In this document: piece after piece, positions 18,033 to 27,487 of the stretch | How the letters are laid out: the number at the start of each line of letters is the position of its first letter | Position numbering within the stretch: the stretch's first letter is position 1 | From: a virus | Lineage: Duplodnaviria; Caudoviricetes | Length of the DNA: 41,191 nucleotides | Direction: 5' to 3' (one strand) | Virus record (IMG/VR): IMGVR_UViG_3300049139_000224 | Coordinates: 1-41,191 of that record | Notes under the pieces: model-generated | The model's database searches: none | What the model was told of the DNA's origin: nothing | What the model saw: the letters and a program-made list of their open reading frames with translations, nothing else | Program-made: the position numbers and the translations under genes

Positions 18033-21000
18033 CAGGGTGCTCCCACGTGGGTCTTGCTGCCGTGCATCCGGCTGACGGGCCGCAGGTCCTCGAAGACCGC
18101 GGTGACCTTCTTCATGTCGTCGAAGTCCTTGGACTGGACGTAGACGTTGACGGTGTCGATGTGCATGCCGCTGCCCGCCTGCGCCTGGGCCTTGAGCTGG
18201 TCCAGGGTCTGGACGGTCTCCATCTGGCCGGACATGTTGACCGCGGCTGACCGGTCGGGCAGCAGGCCGCCGGTGTCGCGCAGGTGGGCGGGGAAGACGC
18301 TGCGCAGGGTGCGGGTGCGGTCGCCTTCGAGGAGCGAGGCGGTCTCGGCGCGGTCCTGGTTCCAGAACGCCGCCAGGTCGGACAGCCGGGCGATCTCGGA
18401 CAGGTCGATGGACGCGCGCCGGTCGACCATGCCGCCGTCGGCGAACGCGGGCTGGCGGTAGGAGGAGGCACTGCGCATGTACCCGGTCTGGCGCCTGACC
18501 GAGTCGGACTCGTTTCCGCCGATCGTCGTGCCGCGCTCAGGGTCCTCCACGATGTTGATGTGGCCGTCGTCCGACCGGTACAACGCGAGCGAGCCCGGCA
18601 TGGGGTCGGCGGTGCGCGGAAGGTTGCGGTACGACCTGACCAGGGGCTTCCACGGGACGGCGTCCAGGGCGTCGTAGGCGCCGGCGCGCTTGAACGTGGT
18701 GCCGACGAAAGCGCCGCACCACGGCCAGGACCCGCCCATGTAGGGGCGCATGAACTCGTTCGGCCTGCCCGACTTGCCGATGTGCTTCTTGGCTTCGGCG
18801 ACCACGGCCATGCCGTCGCCGCCCTCGAGCAGCGCCTTGTGCTGGGCGACCACATCGGTGATCGCCCCGGCCCACGCCCGCGCCTGGTGGTAAGCGGACC
18901 CGGGCAGGGTCTGGCCGCGCCCGTACCGGTTGCCGACCATCTCCGCCATCGGGCCGAGCGCGGCCTTGGCGGCCTCCGGTGCGCCATCCTTGAAGTAGCC
19001 CTTCTTCGCGGCGGCGAACTGGTTGACCAGGCCGACGACGCCGCCCTCGCTGAACGCGCCCACGCCCTTCATGAGCAGCTGGAAGGCGTTGCCGCCGAGC
19101 CGGTTGGCGGCGTCGATGAACGCCTTGCCGCCAAGCCCGCCGGTCGCCTCCGGGGTCAGCACGCCCTCGCCGTCGCGGAACAGCGCCAACCTGTTGTCGG
19201 TGCGCGAGTATCCGGGCTGGACGCCGCCGCGGCGCATGTCTACCAGGCCGCCGTCCTGGAACCGGGGCATGGCCATCGCGGGCATCCCGGACAGGCCGGG
19301 GACCTTGGAGGCCACGCGGTTCCACACGCCTCTCAGCCCGGTGTTGTACACCGGGCTGATCAGGTACCGCACGGGGTCGGCGGTGACCTTGCGCAGACCC
19401 GACCACTCCCGGCCCACCCCGCGCACCGTGCGCCTGAACGCCCCGATCGTGTTGGAGGACATGAGGGAGAACACGCGGTTCATGGCCGTGACCAGGGACG
19501 CTCCGTCGCGGCCGATCTTGCGGACCATCTGGCTGAACTCGGTGGTGGCGCCGTGGCCCATGACGGAGAAGGCGCGCACGGTCGCGACGGTCAGCGCGGC
19601 CAGCACCCCGCCCTGGTTCGCGGCCATCTGGCGGGTGATCGCGACCAGCCCCGAGGCCATCACCTGGTAGGCCTGGTGGACGCGCACGGCCGTGGTCGCG
19701 ATGCTGAAACCGAAGTCGCGCGACATCGCGGCGTTGGAGGCCGCGACCCGGGTGCGCATGCCCACCATCGCTGACACCACGGCGGTGGCCATGGTGACCA
19801 TCTGGGTGGCCATCGCCGCCGCCATCAGCGCGGCTTCCTTGGCGGCCTGGCGGTTCATCTCGGCGGCGCCGCCGCCGACCCCGGGGGCGAGCTTGTCGGT
19901 CTCGGCGATGATGTCGCGGACCATGTCCGGCACGATGCTGTTGCCGACCAGGGTGTCGTACATGTCCTGGAAGCGGCCGATGGTGTTGTCGTGGAGCAGG
20001 TCGAGCTGTTCCTTGGCCTTCTCGCCCAGGCTCACGAGCTCGGCGACGATCGCTTCCTTGATCGCCGCCCAGTGGCGCTGCGCGGTCTTGCCGAGGTTGA
20101 CGAACTGCTCGCCGACGAAGAGGGACAGCTCCCACAGGATCGACCCGAACGACGCCATGAGCGCCCAGCCGACGCGGGCGACCATGCCGGGGATGGACAG
20201 GATCAGGGTGCCGATCGCGCGACCGAACGCGGCCAGCAGTCGCGGCCCCCAGTCCTGTTCGATCTGCCGTTCGATCTTGCCGGGCCCGTCGGCCTCCTCG
20301 AAGGAATCAGCGGTCTGGGCGGGGGCGCCGGTCGCCCACGCCACGAACCGCTGGGTGAGCGCCTTGAGCCGGTCCGGGAGGCTGTCGGCGAACACCTCGA
20401 TCCACTCGGCGAACTTGACCGACCAGGCGTCCAGGCGGGCGGGCAGGCCCTCAGCGACGCCCTCGATCCACGTCGTGACCTTCGTGGTCCAGTTCTCCAG
20501 CCGCTCCGGCAGAGACTCGGCGTAGGCCTCCATCCACTCGGTGAAGCGCAGGCCGAAGCCGTCGATGCCCTCCAGGGTGCGGTCCCACAGGCCGCCCGCC
20601 CACGTGGTGACCTGGGTGGTCCAGGTGTCCAGTTGCTCGGGCAGCTCGGCGGCGCGCTCCTCGATCCACGTGCGCAGGCTGGCCTTGAACTCGTCCAGGC
20701 GTTCCTCGGTGTCGGCCCACAGCTCGGCACCCCAGGTGATGAACTCCTGGGTCCAGTCGGGCAGGTTCTCCCGGATCGTGCCGGGCACCCCGGCCAGCCA
20801 CAGGCCGAACCGGACCAACCACTCGGTGAGCTCGGCGCGCAGCTCGCGCTCCGCGTCCACGACCCAGTCCGCGAACGCGGGGATCCACTCGGTGCGGGCC
20901 TTGCGCTCGATGACCGGGCCGACCTCGACCAGCCAACCGGCGATCGCGCGGGGCAGCTCGATGAACTGGAGCTTGAGGGCGCCCCAGAGGAGCTTCGCTC

Positions 21001-23455
21001 CGACCGTGGCGGTGGTGACCAGGTGGTCCCACCCCGAGGACAGGATCTTCTGGGCGCCGTCCCAGACCTGGCCCCAGTCACCGGACATCAGCCCGGTGAT
21101 GATGTCGATCCAGCCCTCGAACTGGGCGACGGCGTTGTCGGCCCAGGAGCCGATCAGCTCACCGAACAGATCCAGCCGCTCGCCCGCGAAGTCCCAGAGA
21201 AACCCCCACCGGTCGCCCAGTTCCTCCGAGTTGTCGCGCAGCCACCGCAGCCAGCCCACGATCCGGTTGACGTGGGGCTCGGTGGCGTCGCGGAACTGGC
21301 GCCAGCCGCCGACCAGGGCGGGGAAGAGGGTGCCGACCAGCCAGCCGCCCACCGTGCCGGCGACGTCCTCCAGGCGCTCCCAGCCCCACACCAGGCCAGG
21401 CCAGATGTAGCGGCCGAAGAAGTCTCTGGCGCGTCCCCCGGCGCGCTGCACCGCCTCCCACGCCCCGACGAGGATGGTGCGGAAGGTCGTCGATCTTCGC
21501 CATGCGGTGACCAGGGCGGTGCCGACGGCGCCGATGGCCAGGATCGTCCAGCCGACGGGGTTGGACAGCAGACCGAACGCGGCGGCGAACCCGGCGACGG
21601 CGCCCTTGGCGGCCAGGAAGATGCCGACGGCCGCGGCGACGATGCCTGCGAAGGTGCCCACCACGCCGAGCACGCTGGTGATGGTCTCGGAGTGCTCCTC
21701 CAGGAACCCGGTCAGGCCGCGGATGGCGCCGGTGAACACGCCCACGAGGGAGGCGGCGCCGGACAGCACGCCCATGTCGCCGATGGCCAGCCACAGGCCC
21801 TCGATCGCCGACCGGGCGCCCTTGACCTGGCCGGCCAACCCTTCCATCTTGATGGCGGCCATCTCCGCGGCGGCGCCCTCAGCGTTCTCCAGCTCACCGG
21901 TGAAGGTGCGCAGGTCGCCCGCGCCGCGCTCCAAGACCGCGAGCATCGCCGGTCCGGCCTCGACGCCGAAGATGGTCAGCATGTCGCTGACGTCGGCGCC
22001 CGCGCCCTCGAGGTCGCCCATGATGTCGGCGAACGGGCGCATCTTGCCCGTGCCGTCGTCGATGGTGACGCCGAGGGCGTCGAGCTTGTCCTGGACCGCC
22101 TTGGTGGGCTGCAGGAGCCGGGACAGGGCACCGCGCAGGGCGGTGCCGCCCTGCTCGCCCTGGATGCCGGCGTCGGCCATCATGCCGAGCGTCGCGGCGG
22201 TCTCCTCCAGCGACATGCCGGCCGCGCTCGCGACGGGGCCCACATATTGGAAGGCGGCACCGAGTTGCTGGACGTTGGTGTTCGCCGAGCTGCTGGCCTT
22301 GGCCAGGACGTCGTTCAGACGGCCCAGCTGGTTCACCTTCAGGCCGAACCCGGAGAGCACGTTGCTGGCGATGTCCGCGGCCTCGGCCAGGTCCAGGCCG
22401 CCCGCCGCAGCGAGGTTGAGCACGCCAGGCAAGGAGTCCATGGACTCCTGCACGGAGAACCCGGCCATCGACAGGTAGCCGAGCGCGTCTGCGGCCTCCG
22501 ACGCGCTGAACTGTGTGGTGGCGCCCATCTCGCGGGCCAGGTCGGAGAGCTGTGACAGCTCTTGGCCGGTCGCTCCGGAGACCGCTGCGACGTTCTGCAT
22601 GGAGGCCTCGAAGGCCATCCCCACGCCCAAGACCTGGGCGCCCATCAGCCCGGCGGCCAGGCCTACGGCACCGACCACGGGGTTGAGGAGCATGCCGAAC
22701 CCGGCGATCCCGGACCCGAACCCGGTCTTGAACCCGATGCCGGCGCGGGCCCCGGACCCGTCGACACCGCCGACGAGCGCCCCGCCCAGGCGCTCGCCCT
22801 CCTTGACGAAGTGCCCGCGGCTGTCCCTGAGCCTGCCGTCGGCGCCGCGGGTGAACCTCTCCCCCGCCTCCGCGCCCGCGCCGCCCAGCGCCGCGCCGAG
22901 CTGGCCGCCCGTCCCGGCCAGCCCGACGGCCAGGGCCCCGCCGATGTCGGAGCCCTGCCGGACGAAGTGCCCGCGGCTGTCGCGCAGCCGACCGTTGGCG
23001 TCTCGTGTGAACTGCTGGGCCGCCTGGCCCCCGGCGGCGCCGAACGCCGCGCCGAGCTGGCGCTGCGTCTGGGCCCCGGCCAGGCCGGTGGCCACACCGG
23101 TAGCGAACCCCTGCGAGGAGTGCTGCCCGATCCGGCCCGCGGTCTGTGTGATGCGGGAGGAGTCGCGCTGCATGGAGCGGGCGGCCGCCGCGGCGAACCC
23201 GCCCCCGACCTGGCCGCCGACCTGGCCGAAGGAGCGGACCATGCGGCCGCGCTGGGCCGCCATGCTGCCGGTGGCCGACCCGGAGAACGCCTGGGCGAAC
23301 CCTCCGCCGGCCGTGGTGCCGGCGCGGCGGGCGGCGTCGCGCTGCCGGCGGTGGTCGATCCGCGCGGACACCTCGACGTACCCCGCGGCGACGCGGACGT
23401 CGCCGCCGCCCGTCTGCGAAGGTGACCCCGCGCCGCCCGCTGACCGCACGACCAT
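18032..23455 (-). CDS. Tape measure protein (TP901-type core) with C-terminal CHAP-like peptidoglycan hydrolase domain (1807 aa)
   Basis: GGAGG RBS; AREMGATTQFSASEAADAL..GTALR core; Trp-periodic repeats; WPWCGAFV..GHINIV..TIGGN. Confidence 0.93.
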   Translation of the reverse strand: MVVRSAGGAGSPSQTGGGDVRVAAGYVEVSARIDHRRQRDAARRAGTTAGGGFAQAFSGSATGSMAAQRGRMVRSFGQVGGQVGGGFAAAAARSMQRDSSRITQTAGRIGQHSSQGFATGVATGLAGAQTQRQLGAAFGAAGGQAAQQFTRDANGRLRDSRGHFVRQGSDIGGALAVGLAGTGGQLGAALGGAGAEAGERFTRGADGRLRDSRGHFVKEGERLGGALVGGVDGSGARAGIGFKTGFGSGIAGFGMLLNPVVGAVGLAAGLMGAQVLGVGMAFEASMQNVAAVSGATGQELSQLSDLAREMGATTQFSASEAADALGYLSMAGFSVQESMDSLPGVLNLAAAGGLDLAEAADIASNVLSGFGLKVNQLGRLNDVLAKASSSANTNVQQLGAAFQYVGPVASAAGMSLEETAATLGMMADAGIQGEQGGTALRGALSRLLQPTKAVQDKLDALGVTIDDGTGKMRPFADIMGDLEGAGADVSDMLTIFGVEAGPAMLAVLERGAGDLRTFTGELENAEGAAAEMAAIKMEGLAGQVKGARSAIEGLWLAIGDMGVLSGAASLVGVFTGAIRGLTGFLEEHSETITSVLGVVGTFAGIVAAAVGIFLAAKGAVAGFAAAFGLLSNPVGWTILAIGAVGTALVTAWRRSTTFRTILVGAWEAVQRAGGRARDFFGRYIWPGLVWGWERLEDVAGTVGGWLVGTLFPALVGGWRQFRDATEPHVNRIVGWLRWLRDNSEELGDRWGFLWDFAGERLDLFGELIGSWADNAVAQFEGWIDIITGLMSGDWGQVWDGAQKILSSGWDHLVTTATVGAKLLWGALKLQFIELPRAIAGWLVEVGPVIERKARTEWIPAFADWVVDAERELRAELTEWLVRFGLWLAGVPGTIRENLPDWTQEFITWGAELWADTEERLDEFKASLRTWIEERAAELPEQLDTWTTQVTTWAGGLWDRTLEGIDGFGLRFTEWMEAYAESLPERLENWTTKVTTWIEGVAEGLPARLDAWSVKFAEWIEVFADSLPDRLKALTQRFVAWATGAPAQTADSFEEADGPGKIERQIEQDWGPRLLAAFGRAIGTLILSIPGMVARVGWALMASFGSILWELSLFVGEQFVNLGKTAQRHWAAIKEAIVAELVSLGEKAKEQLDLLHDNTIGRFQDMYDTLVGNSIVPDMVRDIIAETDKLAPGVGGGAAEMNRQAAKEAALMAAAMATQMVTMATAVVSAMVGMRTRVAASNAAMSRDFGFSIATTAVRVHQAYQVMASGLVAITRQMAANQGGVLAALTVATVRAFSVMGHGATTEFSQMVRKIGRDGASLVTAMNRVFSLMSSNTIGAFRRTVRGVGREWSGLRKVTADPVRYLISPVYNTGLRGVWNRVASKVPGLSGMPAMAMPRFQDGGLVDMRRGGVQPGYSRTDNRLALFRDGEGVLTPEATGGLGGKAFIDAANRLGGNAFQLLMKGVGAFSEGGVVGLVNQFAAAKKGYFKDGAPEAAKAALGPMAEMVGNRYGRGQTLPGSAYHQARAWAGAITDVVAQHKALLEGGDGMAVVAEAKKHIGKSGRPNEFMRPYMGGSWPWCGAFVGTTFKRAGAYDALDAVPWKPLVRSYRNLPRTADPMPGSLALYRSDDGHINIVEDPERGTTIGGNESDSVRRQTGYMRSASSYRQPAFADGGMVDRRASIDLSEIARLSDLAAFWNQDRAETASLLEGDRTRTLRSVFPAHLRDTGGLLPDRSAAVNMSGQMETVQTLDQLKAQAQAGSGMHIDTVNVYVQSKDFDDMKKVTAVFEDLRPVSRMHGSKTHVGAP
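22805..22981. repeat. 21-bp direct repeat (22805-22825 and 22961-22981) within a 52-codon internal duplication of the TMP
   Basis: GACGAAGTGCCCGCGGCTGTC twice; both copies encode GRLRDSRGHFV. Confidence 0.85.
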
Positions 23456-23470
23456 GCGGGGTCACCTCCC

Positions 23471-24423
23471 TCAGCCCAGGGCCGCCGTCATCTCGGCGAC
23501 CAGTTCCGGATCCGCCCCGGGGGGAGGGCGGAACGCGTCATCGCTGGGCGGCCCGGCCCCGTGGGAGGCCTGGGAAGTAGAGGTGGTGGGGGTGGGGGAC
23601 TCGTCGTTGTATTCGGCCTGCAGGCGCCCCCTCAGGGCGCCCTGGTAGTGGATGAGCTGCTCGCACCGGGAGAAGAACACCGGGGCGGGCAGCGAGCGGA
23701 TGTCATCGCACTGGTGGAAGACGGAGAAGTCGCTCTCTACCTCCGCCGACGCTTGGAGGATCCACCGCCGCGCCTGGACTGCTGGGTGCGTCGACGCCTT
23801 CCACCAGATCCGGTAGGGCGCATCCGGCCCCCGCCCTGACCCTGGGCGTTCCCCGACCCCGGGCCCTTCTGGGTGGCCATGACGATGTCCATGATCCGGC
23901 TGGTGATGGCGCGCATCTTGCCCGGCGGCAGGGCCGGGTGGGTGCGCAGCACCTTGTAGCCGTCCTTGCCGAGCATGGTCTGCAGCACGAACCGGGTAGC
24001 GCTCGCGTCGCCGCGCTCGTCCAGGAGCTCCATGGCACGCACACCGATCGAGGCGGAGGGGACCTTGGGGACCTCGTACACCTTCCCGGCTACGCGGAAG
24101 ACGGGCACGTACTCGACGGCGTCGGGGTCGTACTCGTCGGGGTCAGGCAGGTCGATGATGCCGTCCAGGTCATCGTCGAAGTCCTCCTCGTCCCCTTCCT
24201 CGTCGTCCTCGAAGTCTTCGTCTTCGAAGCCGCCGTCGTAGGCGTCTTCGAACTCCTCGTCGTCGAAGTCCTCCTCCAGCTCCACCTCGGCCTCGTCGGG
24301 GGTGAAGGGGTAGGGCTCGGCGGGCTCGTAGCCGCCGCGCGGCGCCTCAGAGCGGGCCTGGGTGCGGGCCTGGGGGCGGTTGTCGCCGGCGGGGCGGCGG
24401 GTGCGGGTGCGCTTCTTCGGCAT
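23471..24423 (-). CDS. Tail assembly chaperone, long (G-T) form made by a predicted -1 frameshift
   Basis: The -1 frame is open from about 23854 to the stop at 23471 (..WILQASAEVESDFSVFHQCDDIRSLPAPVFFSRC..); candidate slippery site G GGG AAC at 23854-23848. Confidence 0.75.
23737..24423 (-). CDS. Tail assembly chaperone, short (G) form (228 aa)
   Basis: AGGAG RBS before ATG 24423; lies between tail tube and TMP. Confidence 0.8.
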   Translation of the reverse strand: MPKKRTRTRRPAGDNRPQARTQARSEAPRGGYEPAEPYPFTPDEAEVELEEDFDDEEFEDAYDGGFEDEDFEDDEEGDEEDFDDDLDGIIDLPDPDEYDPDAVEYVPVFRVAGKVYEVPKVPSASIGVRAMELLDERGDASATRFVLQTMLGKDGYKVLRTHPALPPGKMRAITSRIMDIVMATQKGPGSGNAQGQGGGRMRPTGSGGRRRRTQQSRRGGGSSKRRRR

Positions 24424-24464
24424 GGGGTCTCCTGCGTGGATGGGTGGCGGCGCCCGGGGAGGGG

Positions 24465-24501
24465 CCCGGCGGCGACGCGGACGCCTGTCGCCGCCGCCGG
24501 G
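24465..24501 (-). terminator. Hairpin after the major tail gene
   Basis: CCCGGCGGCGAC ... GTCGCCGCCGCCGGG. Confidence 0.55.
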
Positions 24502-24509
24502 GGTCTGGA

Positions 24510-25106
24510 TCAGCTGCCCGCCACCGTGACCTGGTCGGTCTCGTAGAAGATCGGGGTGGACTCGGACACGTAGTGGCCCTTGAACTCGACCGGGATCAAG
24601 CTCTGGTCGGCCTTGGCGAACACCTGCGCCACCTCGGCGACGTTGAGGACCTTGGCCACGCCCACGCGCTTGCGGTGGCCCTCGGGGGCGATGCCCTCCA
24701 GCAGCAGCGCGATGTAGGTGGGGCGGGTCGCGGAGGTGTCGTTGGACGGCTCGAATCGCTGGAACCCGACCCCGTTGGTCAAGGTGCCGCCGTTGAGCGC
24801 GAGCTGGAGGTTGCGCAGCGTGGTCTCGGCGAGGTTCGTGGAGACGGTGTACTCGGCCTCGGTGAGGCGCCGCTCCACGTCGTAGGGGGTCTGGTCGACC
24901 TCGAGCTTGGTGTACGTGGGCGAGACGCTCTTGGTGATGCCGCCGTTGGTGGCGCCCATGAACTCCCACTCGGCGGCCACCGCGGTGTCGGCCATGGGCA
25001 GGGCGATCTCGGAGTCGTCAGGGAAGGTGGCGCCCAGCAGGGCGGCGAAGAGCTTGCCCGGGCCCAGGGTCAGGCGCTCGGGCTTGATGTCGGTGTTGAT
25101 GGGCAT
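24510..25106 (-). CDS. Major tail (tube) protein (198 aa), ends in ...AGS
   Basis: AAAGGA RBS; LGPGKLF..WEFMGATNGGI..LEVDQ..TNLAETTLRNL typical of actinophage tail tubes. Confidence 0.88.
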   Translation of the reverse strand: MPINTDIKPERLTLGPGKLFAALLGATFPDDSEIALPMADTAVAAEWEFMGATNGGITKSVSPTYTKLEVDQTPYDVERRLTEAEYTVSTNLAETTLRNLQLALNGGTLTNGVGFQRFEPSNDTSATRPTYIALLLEGIAPEGHRKRVGVAKVLNVAEVAQVFAKADQSLIPVEFKGHYVSESTPIFYETDQVTVAGS

Positions 25107-25120
25107 GGTGGTCTGTCCTT

Positions 25121-25573
25121 TCAGCCCGCGACGACCCAGAACATCTGGAGGTCGAGTTGGTAGCCGCCGATGCGCTGGGGGTCGTCAGTGACGCGGCGAG
25201 GTTCGGTGAGCACGTGCGCTTCCATGACGCGCGCGTCCTGGTACTGGGCAGGGGTGGTGACGGGCCCGAACCGGTCCCGGTCCAGGCACGCGGCGGTGAT
25301 GAGGGCGGACAGGTGGCGGGCCTGCCCCCAGGGGATCTCCTGGCTGTCGGGCTGGGAGACCCAGCAGTTGATCTGGAAGACAGGCTCGCCCTGGGCCAGT
25401 TCCAGGTGGGGGGCGCCCCCGGCGATCTGGGCCTGGACGAACCCGGTCTCGGACCACAGAGAGGTGTCGCCCTCCAGTTCCTGGCCGATGAACTCCTCGG
25501 GGGGCAGGCCGGGGATGGCGGCGAGCCAGGCGTTGGCGGCCAGTTCGCTGGTGGGTAGGAACAGCTCGCTCAT
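25121..25573 (-). CDS. Tail terminator / tail completion protein (150 aa)
   Basis: Position before the tail tube; GFVQ..GG..PVFQINCW. Confidence 0.75.
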   Translation of the reverse strand: MSELFLPTSELAANAWLAAIPGLPPEEFIGQELEGDTSLWSETGFVQAQIAGGAPHLELAQGEPVFQINCWVSQPDSQEIPWGQARHLSALITAACLDRDRFGPVTTPAQYQDARVMEAHVLTEPRRVTDDPQRIGGYQLDLQMFWVVAG

Positions 25574-25956
25574 GCGGCCGCACCCCCCAACGCGACCTGC
25601 AGGCGGCGCTGCTTATACGCGGCCGGGCGGATGAACGGCTGCGCCTTCGTGCCCGGGTGGCGGACCATCTTCACGGGGTGGCGCGCGCCGGGCCACCACA
25701 GGGCGCTGCCCGCCTTGGCGAAGATGCGGTGGGGCCGGGTGCCGTACTCCACGAAGTGCCAGTGCGGCGCGGTGACGTACACCCGGTTGCCGCGCACCTG
25801 CACCGACCGGGCCAGGGTGCCGCGCTCCACCGGCGCGGCCCGGACGATGTCCTCGCCGATCTCGCGGGCGAGCTGGTTGACGATCCGGGCCAGGGGAACA
25901 TCCAGGCGCGCCGGCCAGGAGGGGTCCATGGTGATGCGGACGATCGGTTGCGCCAC
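25570..25956 (-). CDS. HK97 gp10-like neck protein (128 aa)
   Basis: APVERGTLARS..HFVEYGT..HPGTKAQPFIRPA. Confidence 0.85.
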   Translation of the reverse strand: MAQPIVRITMDPSWPARLDVPLARIVNQLAREIGEDIVRAAPVERGTLARSVQVRGNRVYVTAPHWHFVEYGTRPHRIFAKAGSALWWPGARHPVKMVRHPGTKAQPFIRPAAYKQRRLQVALGGAAA

Positions 25957-25968
25957 GGTCTCCTCCTC

Positions 25969-26322
25969 TCAGCCGACCTTGGCCAGGGTCAGACGGATCG
26001 CCCCGCGGCCGAACGGGCTGCGGGGGGCGTTCATCTCCTCGACCACGTACACACGGCTGGTGGCCTCGTCGCGGATGCGGTCGCGCTCGCGCACGTCCAC
26101 GTCCCCGCGCAGACGGCACCGGGTGGTGACGATGACGGTGGACCGGTTCTCGGCGGGCACCCAGATGCGCCGTTCCACGTCCAGCAGCGAGGCGGGCACC
26201 CCGGTCTTCACCGGGGTGTCGGTGTCGATGCGGTCGCCCCAGGCGTTGCGTGGGGTGTCCTCGCCGGTGGGGGTGCGCAGGATCGTCACGGTGGTGTTGG
26301 GCACGAACCCGTTGGAGGTCAC
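25969..26322 (-). CDS. Head-tail stopper / closure protein (117 aa)
   Basis: GGAGG RBS, GTGA overlap; TVTILR..NAWGD..DRIRD..YVV. Confidence 0.75.
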   Translation of the reverse strand: MTSNGFVPNTTVTILRTPTGEDTPRNAWGDRIDTDTPVKTGVPASLLDVERRIWVPAENRSTVIVTTRCRLRGDVDVRERDRIRDEATSRVYVVEEMNAPRSPFGRGAIRLTLAKVG

Positions 26323-26786
26323 AGTCGCCTCCACTGCACAGTGCCGTCGTCGTCCAGGCCGGACCCGCCCGGGTACTCGATGCCGAGCGTCTCGGCGGTG
26401 CGTACCCCGCGCAGCACCAGCGCCTGCTCCGGGGTGAGCGCGGCCACGGACTTCGTGCGGCGCCAGGACAGGGACCGCAGCGACTTCGCCGCCAGCGGCG
26501 CGAGCGTGTGCGACTCCGGGTCGCCCTTCGTGAAGCGCAACCCGTCGTGGTCGACGTTGTCGACGTCGGAGCGGCCGGTGTAGTCGACCTGCTGGGCCTG
26601 CCACGCCGCCTGGTAGGACTCCGCGTACTTCAGCAGCAGCAGGTCCTTGGGCTTGATCTTGTCCCGGATCTCCACGCTGTGGCGGGTGTGGATGACGAGC
26701 ACCGGGTGGGCAGCGTTCAGTTGCTCCTGGGTCACCGTCTCGCTGGTGATCTCAGAAGCCTCTTCCGGTGTCGCCCACGTCTCCAC
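26319..26786 (-). CDS. Head-tail adaptor (155 aa)
   Basis: WATPEE N-terminus, LAPLA motif, and position; start GTG 26786 inferred. Confidence 0.7.
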   Translation of the reverse strand: METWATPEEASEITSETVTQEQLNAAHPVLVIHTRHSVEIRDKIKPKDLLLLKYAESYQAAWQAQQVDYTGRSDVDNVDHDGLRFTKGDPESHTLAPLAAKSLRSLSWRRTKSVAALTPEQALVLRGVRTAETLGIEYPGGSGLDDDGTVQWRRL

Positions 26787-26790
26787 CGGC

Positions 26791-27396
26791 TCAGAGCACC
26801 CGCACCTGGTAGGTGAGCGTGACGGTGCGCGCGGCCGGGTTGTGGCGGGTGTCGGTGTGGCGCGGCTGGCCCACGGGGGTGTGGCCGGCCTCGGTGGCAC
26901 GGCGCACGATGATCTGGGCGTTGGCCTGGTGCCAGGAGTCGTCACCCAGGTAGGGGCAGGGTGTCTTGACGGTGAGGGCGCCGGTGTAGTGGCTGGTCCG
27001 GTCCGGAGCCTGGACGGTCTCAGCCTGGCCGGAGAGGTTGACCGCGGGCGCGCTGGCGGACAGCAGCGCCTGCCATCCTGTGGAGGCGGCGCGCGGGTCC
27101 TCCGTGGCCTGGGTCGTCCCCGAGGCGTCGGCCCCGTCGGCCTCCTCCTCGTCCTCTTCGTCGAAGAGGCCCTCGTCCTCGTCGGCGGGAGCGGCCGGGC
27201 CGCCCTGCTCGGCTTCTGCCGGGGGCGGGCCCTCGGCGTCGTCGGTGTCATCGACGGGCCCCGACGCGGTGGGTTCCACGCCGCTGCCCGGACAGGTCTC
27301 CTCGCCCGCCTGGTGCTTGCGCATCAGCCCGGCCTTGGTCAGGGCGATGTCCTCGCCGCACTCGTGGCACTGGGCCGTCGGCGCGATCTCGCTCAT
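26791..27396 (-). CDS. Hypothetical protein (201 aa): N-terminal CxxC..H..C, acidic linker, C-terminal domain
   Basis: AAGGAA RBS; lies between capsid and adaptor. Confidence 0.7.
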   Translation of the reverse strand: MSEIAPTAQCHECGEDIALTKAGLMRKHQAGEETCPGSGVEPTASGPVDDTDDAEGPPPAEAEQGGPAAPADEDEGLFDEEDEEEADGADASGTTQATEDPRAASTGWQALLSASAPAVNLSGQAETVQAPDRTSHYTGALTVKTPCPYLGDDSWHQANAQIIVRRATEAGHTPVGQPRHTDTRHNPAARTVTLTYQVRVL

Positions 27397-27487
27397 GCTC
27401 GGTTCCTTCCGGTGAGAGAGGGGGTGTCGCCGCCGACCCCACGTGACCCCATTCGCGCAGGGAAGACGGCGACGTCTGAGGCGGTCA

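Noticed and set aside
20330-21400. Trp-periodic 11/22-residue repeats
   Set aside because: Ordinary tape-measure repeats
15289-22555. Long plus-strand ORFs (15289..18075, 18284..19774, 19991..22555)
   Set aside because: Antisense shadows of the tail genes, expected in high-GC DNA; no motifs or RBS
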